In this document: positions 1-10,410 of the stretch, piece after piece
Layout of the letters: every line of letters starts with the position of its first letter
Position numbering within the stretch: position 1 is the stretch's first letter
Assembly (NCBI RefSeq): GCF_032191835.1
Contig: NC_083236.1
Span: forward strand, 18,848,001 to 18,912,000
Source: Heteronotia binoei
Lineage: Eukaryota
Direction: 5' to 3'
Length of the DNA: 64,000 nucleotides
The notes under the pieces: generated by a model
Told to the model about the DNA's origin: nothing
The model's input: the letters and a program-made list of their open reading frames with translations, nothing else
Databases searched by the model: none
Program-made: the position numbers and the translations under genes

Positions 1-295
1 CTACACCTGCTACTTAATCTGGTCACACCCGTTGTGGTCCAGTAGAGACAGTGAGTTTTAGAAGGCTTGGGGTTTAAATCCCTGTTCAGCCAGTAACTTG
101 CTGTGTGACCTTGGGTTGCTAGTTTCCTTGACACCATTTCCACACTTTGCAAAAGGGAAATAACAGGAAAGTGTGCCACATAATGTCAGTGTGGATTAAA
201 CATTTCATACATTGTGGGTGTGACTGGTCAGGATCAGCTGGAGAAGGGGGAGTATGCAACAGGGGCATGTCCTGGTTTTGGACATATGTCACCAC

Positions 296-489
296 CAGTG
301 TTCCCTCTAAGCTGCAGAGTCTCGTGAGCAAAAATCCTACTTTGTGAGCTACTGGCATTAAAGTTGTGAGCTACTGCAGAAATTAGTGTGCTCTAGGAAC
401 ATTTTTCCTGAGCTAAGACAAAAATCTGTGCGCTGGAGGCTAAAAATCTATGAGCTAGCTCATGCTAACACAGCTTAGAGGGAACACTG
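296..489. mobile_element. hAT-type MITE (non-autonomous DNA transposon)
   Basis: 19-bp TIRs cagtgttccctctaagctg / cagcttagagggaacactg; perfect 8-bp TSD gtcaccac (288-295, 490-497); second copy at 33267-33460. Confidence 0.9.
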
Positions 490-1385
490 GTCACCACCTT
501 TGCTCCCATAAAGCTGGTGGAGACTGAGATGACGGCACTGTTTCCCATGTAGGATATGCAGTCCTTTTTTGCGTAACTTGGTCTTCCTTCCAGCTTCCTG
601 GCTGGCCTCTGGAAGACAGCAAGCAAAGGGGAAAATTGAAGCTCAAAGTGGGGGGAAGAAAGGCTTTGTCCTATATGGAGATTTACAGGCCCTCCTTACT
701 CTCCTGTCTGTCATATTGATGAATAATTTACCAGTCAATAATCATAGAGTCTACCATGTTTGGCATTATGGTGGAGGGAGGATGGAATGAGGAGGGTAGC
801 TCGGTGGAAATTGTTACTAGCCAGTCACTGGGTTGTTTCTTTCCTGAAACTTTTGTGATGGGTTGCCGCTAGGGGCCACAGGCTCCTGGTTTGCTAGGGG
901 AGGGGACGGTAGATAAATGCCATTTGTATTCTCGGCATGCTTTTTTGCAATGATGAAAAAAAAAATCTAGTTTTCAAAACTTACCCGCTTCTGCTGTAGA
1001 GCAATTTGAATAAAGCTCACTGGAGACTGTGCAGTGGCATTCACTCTGCATTTGAAAACGACACCCACCCCAAACCAGGTTCCCTGTTTTCGGATGGAGG
1101 GCAGAAATCTCCAGAGGTTCGCAGCAGGGAAAGAGGAGCAGCTGTGCGTCCTGAACAACTGGACTCGGGCCTTCAAGTTTGCATTTCCTGTTTTCATCTT
1201 GGCTCTCATCAAAGCAAAGCAGCAACAAATTGAGAAAGCGAAAATAGTACACCTTGCATAATATACTTCATTAGTGTAGTTACAGCAAGGAAAACATTCT
1301 TTTCGCATCTTCAGGAATCTCTTAGGAATAAGGCCTGAATGTTCTCATCTTGAGGGAGCACCTCTGAAGTTTCTTATCCATATGA

Positions 1386-1632
1386 TTGGATAAACATATG
1401 GAGCAGAGGTCCATCAGTGGCTGTTAGCCACAGGGTATAGATGGAACTCTGTCTGGGGCAAGTGATGCTCTGTATTCTTGGTGTTTGTGGGGGAGGACAG
1501 TGGGAGGGCTTCTAGTGGCCTGGTCCTACTGGTGGACCTCCTGATGGCACCTGGTTTTTTGGCCACAGTGTGACGGAGTGTTGGATAGGATGGGCCACTG
1601 GCCTGATCCAACATGGCTTCTCTTATGTTCTT
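1386..1632 (+). mobile_element. CR1 LINE 3' end (ORF2 tail plus long 3'UTR variant)
   Basis: DKHMEQRSISG-coding tail followed by ...ggcttctcttatgttctta, shared with the CR1 copies at 12688, 18762 and 32060. Confidence 0.85.
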
Positions 1633-1960
1633 ATCACTGCCCCTTTTGGGGCTGCATTCACGCATCATTGGATACTGTGGCCTTGTTGCACTAAAGCAAC
1701 TGATACTCAGGTTGTTTACCTTGTGTGGAGAAGCTCGTCCAGTTGCAAATGATTGCTGTGGTGCTGTGGCAGTGCAATAGCCGGCACTGTGTGGATGCAG
1801 CCCTGCTCTGCCATCCTCTGCACTTGGCTTGGTGGACTGCAGGGGCCAGAATGCCTAGAGGAACAGACAAGGTCTTTCACCCTGTTGTGTGTTGCTTCTG
1901 TTTGGAGCTGGCAGCTTTCCTCCAAGAAGAATGGCACGGCCACTCATCTGTTCTCCTCCT

Positions 1961-2230
1961 CCAGTTTGGTGTAGTGGTTAAGTGTGCAGACTTTTATCTG
2001 GGAGAACCAGGTTTGATTCCCCACTCCTCCACTTGCAGCTGCTGGAATGGGTCAGCCATAGCTCTGGCAGAGGTTGTCCTTGAAAGGGCAGCTGCTGTGA
2101 GAGCTCTCTCAGCCCCACCCACCTCACAGGGTGTCTGTTGTGGGGGAGGAAGGTAAAGGAGATTGTGAGCCGCTCTGAGACTCTTCGGAGTGGAGGGCGG
2201 GATATAAATCCAATATCATCATCTTCTTCT
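1961..2230 (+). mobile_element. Squam3-like tRNA-derived SINE
   Basis: A box tggtgtagtgg, B box ggtttgattcc, shared body, (atc/ttc)n tail; more than 10 copies in the window. Confidence 0.85.
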
Positions 2231-2245
2231 CCTTCTCCCTACCAG

Positions 2246-2318
2246 GCAGAAGCTTGTCGGGTCACGCTGGCACGCCAAAGCCTTTGGAAACTCTTGGTCT
2301 CATGGATGGCTTTTATAG
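2246..2318 (+). CDS. DELE1: Candidate DELE1 exon 2 (RSLSGHAGTPKPLETLGLMDGFY)
   Basis: Strong pyrimidine acceptor; phase 1->2 as needed; TPKP motif and FYSRGQH junction resemble mammalian TPKP...FDRSGSH (recalled); donor would be a weak GC (AG|gcatta). Confidence 0.35.
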
Positions 2319-2485
2319 GCATTAACTGAGCTTCCCCCAGATTTACATACAGGGATTATCTGTAGCCTCTCCTTCCTCCCCGATCAATTTTTCAGTGTTC
2401 TCCAGCACATATCTGTCACATTCGTACTTTAAACTTTTAGAGGTACAGAAAAAACATGATATGTGAAGTAGCCATGGCACGTGAA

Positions 2486-2704
2486 GAGAGCCAGTTTGGT
2501 GTAGTGGTTAAATGTGCGGACTCTTATCTGGGAGAGCTGGGTTTGATTCCCCACTCCTCCACTTGCGCCTGCTGGAATGGCCTGGGGTTAGCCATCGCTC
2601 TGACAGAGGTTGTCCTTGAAAGGGCAGCTGCTGTGAGAGTCCTCTCAGCCCCACCCACCTCACAGGGTGTCTGTTGTGGGGGAGGAAGGTAAAGGAGATT
2701 GTAA
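2486..2704 (+). mobile_element. Squam3-like SINE, 3'-truncated
   Basis: gagagccagtttggtgtagtgg head; similar to other copies. Confidence 0.85.
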
Positions 2705-4308
2705 CCTTGTCTTGCCCTTGTCTTGCCCATCTTCTAACCTTGTCTTGCCCAGGAGTCTGAGCATAGAGAGAGTCATCAGGAGAGTGGGCCTTAGCCTGGT
2801 GTTGGCACTCCTAGCGCCAAACGTAGTTCCTGTTACATTACCAGGTTTTCAGAATTGGATGGGCACCCAGGGGTGGCTCTTCCTGTGACAACCCCAGAGG
2901 CACCGATGACTTGACATGTCCTGAAATCGATCAGCAGAGTATCAATGAACTGAAGCCGCAAGAATCGCCTTTAAAGGCTTTATTAATGCTGTTTTCAAAC
3001 CTGTAAAATAACATTACAAGTAATAGAAAATTGTCAGAGAGTGCTAACGGAGCAAGCTATAAAACTCTGATTACTCAGCTAAGCGCAACACGCCTAGAAT
3101 CAGCACAGAGCATCAGTAAATCAAGAGCAGGTACCTGAGTTTGTCTGGTTTAGGAGGAGCACCGGCACCAGAAGGGGAGAACATTTCTTGTTTTTCAGGA
3201 GTCGGCTGATTGTTTGATTCATCGTTAAGTTCCCTGCTCGATAATACATTTTGATATTAGGGGCTTTTTATCTTAAGTCTTTGCTTAGACTCTTGAGCAT
3301 TTACTTAACCAAATACATTTAAATATCATTTTCTGCCTTTCTCCTCATTTGACTGAGGTAACTTGAGGCAGAATGCTAAGAAATGAAACTAAATTCATTC
3401 TGAGAGACTTACGCCTAGCTAGGAAAGAAGCCACATGGAGGAGAATGTCCTGCTCTTCCTCACTCTTCATTTCCTTATGGTCGTATTCAGCCAGTCACAA
3501 TAAGAGGGGAACGATCTAAGGCACTTTGAGTCTTCACTGGGGAGAAAAGAAGAGTATAAATCTTGCTGAATCTCAATGCCTAGGTACTTTTGAGTACCTT
3601 TATCATATTTCAACTTAAAGAATCATCTGTATATCATGCCATGTCTGCTCTGATTTTTGAAAAGATTTTATAACCAGAAATTATAATTGAGAAGGGGGGG
3701 GGACACAATTCTCTAGGATTGAGTTAATTAGGACATCATTCTCCACATACAAATGTTGAAATATAAGAAGAGCCCAACTTCACTGCGTGCGTTTTAACAT
3801 TACTCCAGACTGTGAGTGCTGGAGGCATCAAAAACTCCAGACAATAAAAGTGAGAGAGACTCCTCTGGGATCGCTGCGCATTAGCGCTACTTTCCGTAAG
3901 TATATAGTGCATTGGCGGGGTGGGGTGGGGGGTTAAAGCTGTTTCTTTAAAATCAAGACAGTTGGAATATAGACTTTTCCTGGGGACAGGGATCTGAAAA
4001 GGGAGCTGCACAAAATCAAAGCAGAAAAATTCTGTTTGGGGAATTATGGTGGGAGAGCTTGGTAAGCATTCATCACACCTATAGTCTTGTTTAGATATGT
4101 TGGAAACACTGATGAATATGGATGCGATATGCGAGCCCCTCGGAGAACTGTCTCGTCACGAATTGCTGTCTGGGCAGCAGTTTTCAAGCCAGCCTGAACG
4201 TGGCTGGTTCCCCAAGTTCAAGTAGAGGCTGGATGGAAGTTTATCATCTCCCTTTTCATGTGATTTCTTTGTTTTTTTTGTTCCTCCTCCTTCCTGTCAT
4301 TGGCACAG

Positions 4309-4387
4309 CAGGGGCCAACATCAGCAGCGTGAACATGGATGTGGGAACCTTTTGCATCGCTGCACCTCTTTGGATGCTTTCACCTGG
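4309..4387 (+). CDS. DELE1: DELE1 exon 3 (RGQHQQREHGCGNLLHRCTSLDAFTW)
   Basis: Long pyrimidine tract, NAGNAG acceptor, TGG|gtaagc donor; ends like human ...LWDAISW in phase 0. Confidence 0.75.
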
Positions 4388-4534
4388 GTAAGCTGACATG
4401 AAACAGCTTTATGGTAGAAGATATTTCACAGAAGAGAGGGGATATTGATTATCTGTTGAAGTAGTGCAGATGTTTTAAAGGCTCCCCCCCAAGATTGCTC
4501 TTACAATCTCCCAATTGTTTCTCTCCTTTGCCAG

Positions 4535-4670
4535 GGCATCTTGGCTGTCCTTACTCTGGAACTGGCCAAGCAGCTCCAATGGCTACATTCTTTGCACCCA
4601 TGTGGGAGACGTGCCAAATTTTGCCAGCTGGAGAGTCGCCTTGCAGTGTTGCCCCTGCACCAGCACTCGG
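4535..4670 (+). CDS. DELE1: DELE1 exon 4 (GILAVLTLELAKQLQW...HQHS)
   Basis: ccag| acceptor, G|gtaagt donor; matches human GTLAVLALQLARQI. Confidence 0.88.
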
Positions 4671-4773
4671 GTAAGTATGTCAGCCACACGTGGGGCTAAA
4701 GCTCCCTGCATTAGAAAGACTATTAGAAGATAGCACTATGCTGCTTATAGCTCTATCCTAGGAGCAGGACTGT

Positions 4774-5422
4774 CAGGCCCATAGCTACAGGAGGGCCTGG
4801 GGGGTCCAGGCCCCTCCAATCAAAACCCTGTCCCGTCTTTGTAGCCCCTCCTTCAAGTCCCCCATCACTCACCACCACTGGCTGCCGTCACTGTGAATAA
4901 GTACACTGCCGACTGCCTTCAGTCCTGCTCCAAAAGGAATGCCAGGGCAAGGGGGAGAAGGGACCATGGCTGAGCAGCAGAGCCTCCATCCCAGGTCAGG
5001 CTTGCCCTCCTTGCAAACTGCAGGGCAGAGAAGCTGGTGGGAGCTGCCTTCAGGGGGAGCTTTCGCTGGGGAGGGAAGGCTTGCTGGGTGAAGGTGAGGA
5101 TTGGAGCAACCTGCCCCGGTGACCACGTAAGGGAGGTGGAGAACAGGAGTGGTGCTAAGAAGATCCCAGTGTGGCCATGCTTAGAGACCTGCCTTGCAGG
5201 GAGGGGGTGGGGTCAGTCTCCTGAGGAGGCTGGCTTGCACTGGCTGGCTTGCATGCCCCTCTTCCTGCGACTCTTCCGCCCCCGCAGACCTGACCAGAGG
5301 ACTCCCAATGGTCAGGCGTGGGACATTGCAGAGCTGTGGAGAGGGGGTCGTTTTGCCGGCCCCTCCAAACAGAAATCATGTTCCTGTGCCCCTCCAAACT
5401 TAAAATCCTGGCTGCAGCCCTG
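4774..5422. mobile_element. hAT-type non-autonomous element
   Basis: Imperfect TIRs caggcccatagc.../...gctgcagccctg; perfect 8-bp TSD aggactgt (4766-4773, 5423-5430). Confidence 0.75.
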
Positions 5423-5789
5423 AGGACTGTAGCAGAGAAGTCAAGATTCCCAGCTCCTCCTCCTCTCGATGTGGGACAGAGGAATACGTTTGAAGATAGC
5501 ACTGTAAGATGGTAGGCCCAGACAGCAGGAGCTAAAGAACCAGCGGTCCATGGGCTTTAGAATCCTATATCATGCAGCAGCCAGCCAGTTGCCCTGGAGG
5601 GCTGAACAAAAGAAGACAAAGCCCTTCCTTGCCACTGCATCCCAGCACTGGGATTCAGAAATTTGCTGCCTCCGTGTATGGAGGTCCCCTTTACTCACCA
5701 TGACCAGTAGCCATAGATGGATTTCTCCTCTAGGAATTTGTCTAGCCCCACCTTTTGAGAGCCATCGCTGCATCCGCTGGCAAGGAATT

Positions 5790-6065
5790 CCCCAATGCAA
5801 TTATGCGTGTGTTAAATGCCACCAAGTTGCTTCTGACTTATGGCAACCCTATGAATTCATGTCTTCCAGAACGTCCTATCATTAACCTTACAAACTGAAG
5901 GCCGTGAATGGAGCTGATGCATCTCATGTCGGGGCTTTCTCTTTTCCTGCTGATTTTATTTTTCGCAGGCGTGATTGCCTTTTCCAGAGACTCTTGTCTT
6001 CTCATAATGTGACTAAAATACAATGGCCGCAGTTTAGTCATTTTAGCTTTCAGCGTGATCATTTG
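5790..6065 (-). mobile_element. RTE/BovB LINE 3' fragment
   Basis: Translates to LKAKMTKLRPLYFSHIMRRQESLEKAI...SRKRESPDMR, like the BovB ORF C-terminus. Confidence 0.8.
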
Positions 6066-6884
6066 TCCTTTGATATATCTCCTGTGGGCTGTTAATGTGG
6101 TTTTTTCCCCCTTTCAGTCCCTCCTGCGACTGCATCTGCACCTTTTAGCGGAGGGAGGAAGCCACACTTCTTTCTGGGAGCAGACACTGAACATGCCCCG
6201 AAGAATCAGTCTCCTAGCAAAGCCTCACGGTCTGAAGAACACCTCGTGCCTTCAGAAACAGGTATCAGTATTAATGCATGGGAACCAAGCGTTCAACACA
6301 AGAAGCATCGGGGGCAGGAAGAGTTAAGTCCCACAGTTCTGTCTTTCCGGGGGAGGAATCCATTGTGAATTCGGCTTGGCTTGCTCTACGGAGCGCGTCT
6401 GAGAAAGTCTCTGGTCACATTGGAATAAATGACATTATTTGGCACGCTTGCTGCTTCACCAGTCCTGTTTCATTCCACTTGGGTGCCTTCTCCGACAAAA
6501 GGGACCAGTTTCCGGAGGAGGTTGCCAAGAAAGGGAGAAAGCATGTTTTAAGTGAAACATCAGCCTCTTTCAGTTCAAAAGTGAGCCTGGTTGAAAGTGA
6601 AGAGAAGGCCTACGCTCCAATGGCAATAGCGACAGGGGCATGGGAGATTTTTTCTTTTTTGCAGAAAGTGGATTTGCAATGTACAGGTCAATGAACCATC
6701 GCTAACCAAAATGGCGACAGTTGAAACGGGGGGTGGGTGGGAATGGTGGACATCCTGGTCTGCGGAAATAGCAGAACTTTTAGGCTTCTGCTGCAATGGA
6801 AGAGGAGTTGTGTGGGGGGGGGCGGGGGCAAAGCAGTCCTCTGTGTTGAGATCCTGTCCCTTATGGCCTTCCTTTGTCTTGCAG

Positions 6885-6940
6885 GGGACTCCCTGCCCAG
6901 CCCAAGCCCCGAACCAGCCTCGGTCTCACTGGATTCACAG
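6885..6940 (+). CDS. DELE1: DELE1 exon 5 (GDSLPSPSPEPASVSLDSQ)
   Basis: cctttgtcttgcag| acceptor, CAG|gtacta donor; phase 1->0 links exon 4 to exon 7; LPSP matches human ILPSPDGP. Confidence 0.65.
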
Positions 6941-7264
6941 GTACTATCTCTTGCCTTCTGAGGGGTCTTTTGCTCCAGCAAGAGTCTCTGGGGCATTGGA
7001 TAAGGAGTATTATTACTTTCAATAAGAGAGAGGAATTTGGAAAAGTACACCCCTCTGAGGCTGCTTGACAAATTAATCCAGTGTGGCCTCTCTGTAGTAT
7101 TCATGTAGCAACTCTGCAGAAGTTAGGGGTAGCCACAGTGTCTAGAAATCTCCTGTGCTGTGAGAGTTGGAAATGAATGCATGTGCCTGAACTGAGCAAG
7201 AAAGAGCGCTATGAGAGAACACCATCTTGGGCATGACCGGCCAAGGATCTAGGAAGATCTAATG

Positions 7265-7594
7265 CAGGGGTCCCCAGCCTTTTCCAGGCCACAGGCACCT
7301 TTGGAATTCTGGCACAAAGTTTGGTGGGTGGGCACAGCCTGCAAAATAGCCGCCACAGAAGGCAGAGCCTTCTCTGCTGCAGCTTGCCTTCAGGAACACG
7401 GTGAAAATCCATATGCTGTGGTGGCGGCGGCTACCAAAGCAAAGTTTTTAAAAATCAGCAGGGTCAATCAAATTTCCAGTGACCAATGAGAAGCCCCACC
7501 TGGCACTATCCACTTTCTAAAAAGCCTTGACAGGCACACGGAAAAGTGTTCAGAAGTGCCTTGGCACCCACAGACAGCATGTTGGGGATCCCTG
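7265..7594. mobile_element. hAT-type MITE
   Basis: TIRs caggggtcccca / tggggatccctg; 8-bp TSD atctaatg (7257-7264, 7595-7602). Confidence 0.85.
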
Positions 7595-7624
7595 ATCTAA
7601 TGACCTGGAGTCCCCAAAGAGGCA

Positions 7625-7860
7625 TTATCTAGGAGAACCGGGTTTGATTCCCCACTCCTCCACTTACAGCTGCTGGAATGGCCTTGGGTCAGCCATAGCT
7701 CTCGTAGGAGTCGTCCTTGAAAGGGCATCTGCTGTAAGAGCTCTCTCAGCCCCACCTACCTCACAGGTGTCTGTTGTGGGGAGGGGAGGTAAAGGAAATT
7801 GTGACGACTCTGAGATTCAGAGTATAGGGCGGGATATAAATCCAGTATCATCATCTTCTT
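7625..7860 (+). mobile_element. Squam3-like SINE, 5'-truncated
   Basis: B box, body and tail match other copies. Confidence 0.8.
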
Positions 7861-9159
7861 CATGTTCTTGTACCCAAGATCTGACTGGCCCACGCACACA
7901 GCAGCCTCTAAAATTTCACCCAAAAGTTAGGTTCTGGTAGTGAATTGCTAACATTACATAGACTTTCGTAAAAGAAGCAATTTTATGGGGAAGCCTCTGG
8001 AAAAGATAGGATTATCTGGAGTGCGAGCACAAAAAGTCTGCATCTTTTCTTCTGCTCGGGATGAGGCTTTCAGCAATAGAACATTTTCAGCATGTTCGAA
8101 ACAAAGGATAGTATTCCGTTTCAGCAGGGATTACAACTTTACGCGGCCTATAAACATGGGTCTAACGTTTCTCTGGGAATCTGTTCAGGAGGGGCCCCAA
8201 GTCTCAGCAGCAGCCCTGCAGAGGGAGCAACAGAATCTAGAGGGAAGGATTGATGGGCAACTTGAAAGGAAAAGGAGGTCAGAGGAGATGTATAACTGAG
8301 CGAAGGAATGGCTGATGAAAAGAAAGCACTGTAGAGGTATCTTGTGTAGGTTCTAAGGGTAGGAGAAGATGCCTGTTGGCAGGAAGGAATGCTGGCCAGA
8401 GGGGGGGGGGGCGCTAAGACTCTGGGTAATGGCAGGGTCAACTGAGTCCATGTGAGCATGAATAGAGTACCTGAGGACATGATAGAAGAGTGGAGTTGGA
8501 TCAAAGCAAGTGAGGCTTAAGCCTGAAAAACGATCTTCTAATCAGTGTTCCCTCTGTGCATGTGAGCAGCTGTTCACTTAACCCAGGGAGCCCCACTCAG
8601 CAGGGTCTTGCTGGGCCCATTTGAAGATTACAGCAGTTCTATTCTGCTCAGAATATGAACTGCTCCTCTCGGGGCAGGGGGGTGGGGATCAGAGGGAACG
8701 CTGCTTCTGATCGTTACACTTTGTCCAGCCTCTGGGTTTGCACAGTCGCTAATACATTTGGCCTTGAGGTTGCAGGCACATGGTTCACGTGGCCAGATTT
8801 GCTGCTTCTCTGGACAAAATACGCAGGCTGATGATGCAACTCTTAAATCTGGACCGCTGAAAAATAGGCTGCAATACACAAATCCGTCACTTGGTGGCAC
8901 CACATAATTCCAGTACTGTAATGAATGAATCCAGAGGGCTGTGAACAAATCACGGAGAAATAAAGTACATTAGATAGCTGGTGTTAGAACATTATTATTA
9001 TTATTATTTGTTTATTTATATTCCCCCCCCATTCCCCCATTGGGGGCTCAGAGCGGAGTGCAGCAAATAGAAATAAAATCATCATAAAACCAATTACAGC
9101 GTTCATCAAAGTGCAGCGAGATGATTCAACAAGACGACATGACAACAAGGTGGTATAGA

Positions 9160-9538
9160 AGAAGAAGATGATATTGGATTTATATCCCACCCTCCACTCC
9201 GAAGAGTCTCAGAGCGGCTCACAATCTCCTTTCCCTTCCTCCCCCACAACAGACACCTTGTGAGGTAGATGAAGATATTGGATTTATATCCCGCCCTCCA
9301 CTCCAAAGAGTCTCAGAGCGGCTCACAATCTCCTTTACCTTCCTCCCCCACAACAGACACCCTGTGAGGTGGGTGGGGCTGGAGAGGGCTCTCACAGCAG
9401 CTGCCCTTTCAAGGACAACCTCTGCCAGAGCTACAGCTGACCCAAGGCCATGCCAGCAGGTGCAAGTGGAGGAGTGGGGAATCAAACCCGGTTCTCCCAG
9501 ATAAGAGTCCGCACACTTAACCACTACACCAAACTGGC
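9160..9538 (-). mobile_element. Squam3-like SINE with duplicated 104-bp tail
   Basis: Head at 9538; two tail units starting near 9167 and 9271. Confidence 0.9.
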
Positions 9539-10135
9539 ACAAAATGACTTTTTTTTTCTTTAAAAGTGTTGGATTTCGTGTTTAGTGCTAAGAGATAGAT
9601 TTAGGCGTTAGAGAGCAAAGGACCTAGCACTCTTTTCCCCTTAAAGGGCAGCTGAAATTATCAAAGGGGGCCAGGCCCTCCCTCTGGATACAACATTTGT
9701 TGGCTTTTGGTTTTTTAAAAAGTATGATTATGAGTAGGAAATAACTTTTTTTTTTGCATCAAGTCACAGCTGACTTTTGACAACCCTGTAGGTTTTCGAG
9801 GCAAGAGACTTTCAGAGGGGGTTTGCTGTGGCCTGCTTCCACGTCAGCCCCGTATGCAGGATTTTTTTCCCAGGGGGGGGAGGGGGGCCACTGCGCTAAT
9901 TTAATTAAATCAACTTTGCCAACTCTGCATCCATATTTGTTCATATTCATATATTGCTGAGTCTCAAGGCTACCGTTTCTAGCTTGCTGAGGGCAAAATG
10001 GTTTGGGAGGACCACGGAGATGATGCTCAGACTGGGGGTGAGCCAGAAAGGGGGAGTGCGGAGCCATGTGTCATCTACTCCTGTGCCCCTTTCCTCCCCC
10101 CGCCCCCCCCCCACCATGCAACTTCCCTGTAAGTT

Positions 10136-10410
10136 GAGAGCCAGCTTGGTGTAGTGGTTAAGTGTGCGGACTCTTATCTGGGAGAACCGGATTTGATTCC
10201 CCACTCCTCCACTTGCAGCTGCTGGAATGGCCTTGGGTCAGCCATAGCTCTGGCAGAGGTTGTCCTTGAAAGGGCAGCTGCTGTGAGAGCCCTCTCCAGC
10301 CCCACCCACCTCACAGGGTGCCTGTTGTGGGGGAGAAAGGTAAAGGAGATTGTGAGCCGCTCTGAGACTCTTCGGAGTGGAGGGTAGGATATAAATCCAA
10401 TATCTTCTTC
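10136..10410 (+). mobile_element. Squam3-like SINE, full length
   Basis: Complete head, body and tail. Confidence 0.9.

Noticed and set aside
1725-2329. Recurrent ORFs QFGVVVKCADSYLGEPGLIPHSST... (also at 2456, 7644, 9219, 10154)
   Set aside because: Translations of Squam3-like SINE copies, not a protein family
2884-3499. Solo LTR bounded by TGTGAC...GTCACA
   Set aside because: No matching TSD and no second copy in the window, so it cannot be supported
3809-4221. Exon-like segments 3809-3895 (phase 1->1) and 4095-4221 (phase 1->2) as DELE1 5' exons
   Set aside because: Phase-compatible, but the peptides do not resemble DELE1 and the second donor (AA|gtagag) is weak; kept only as an alternative
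6278-6694. 138-aa plus-strand ORF in DELE1 intron 4
   Set aside because: No recognisable domain and no convincing pair of splice sites
7381-7400. Possible DELE1 exon 6 (CTTGCCTTCAGGAACACG|gtg)
   Set aside because: Lies inside the hAT MITE 7265-7594 and shows no similarity to DELE1
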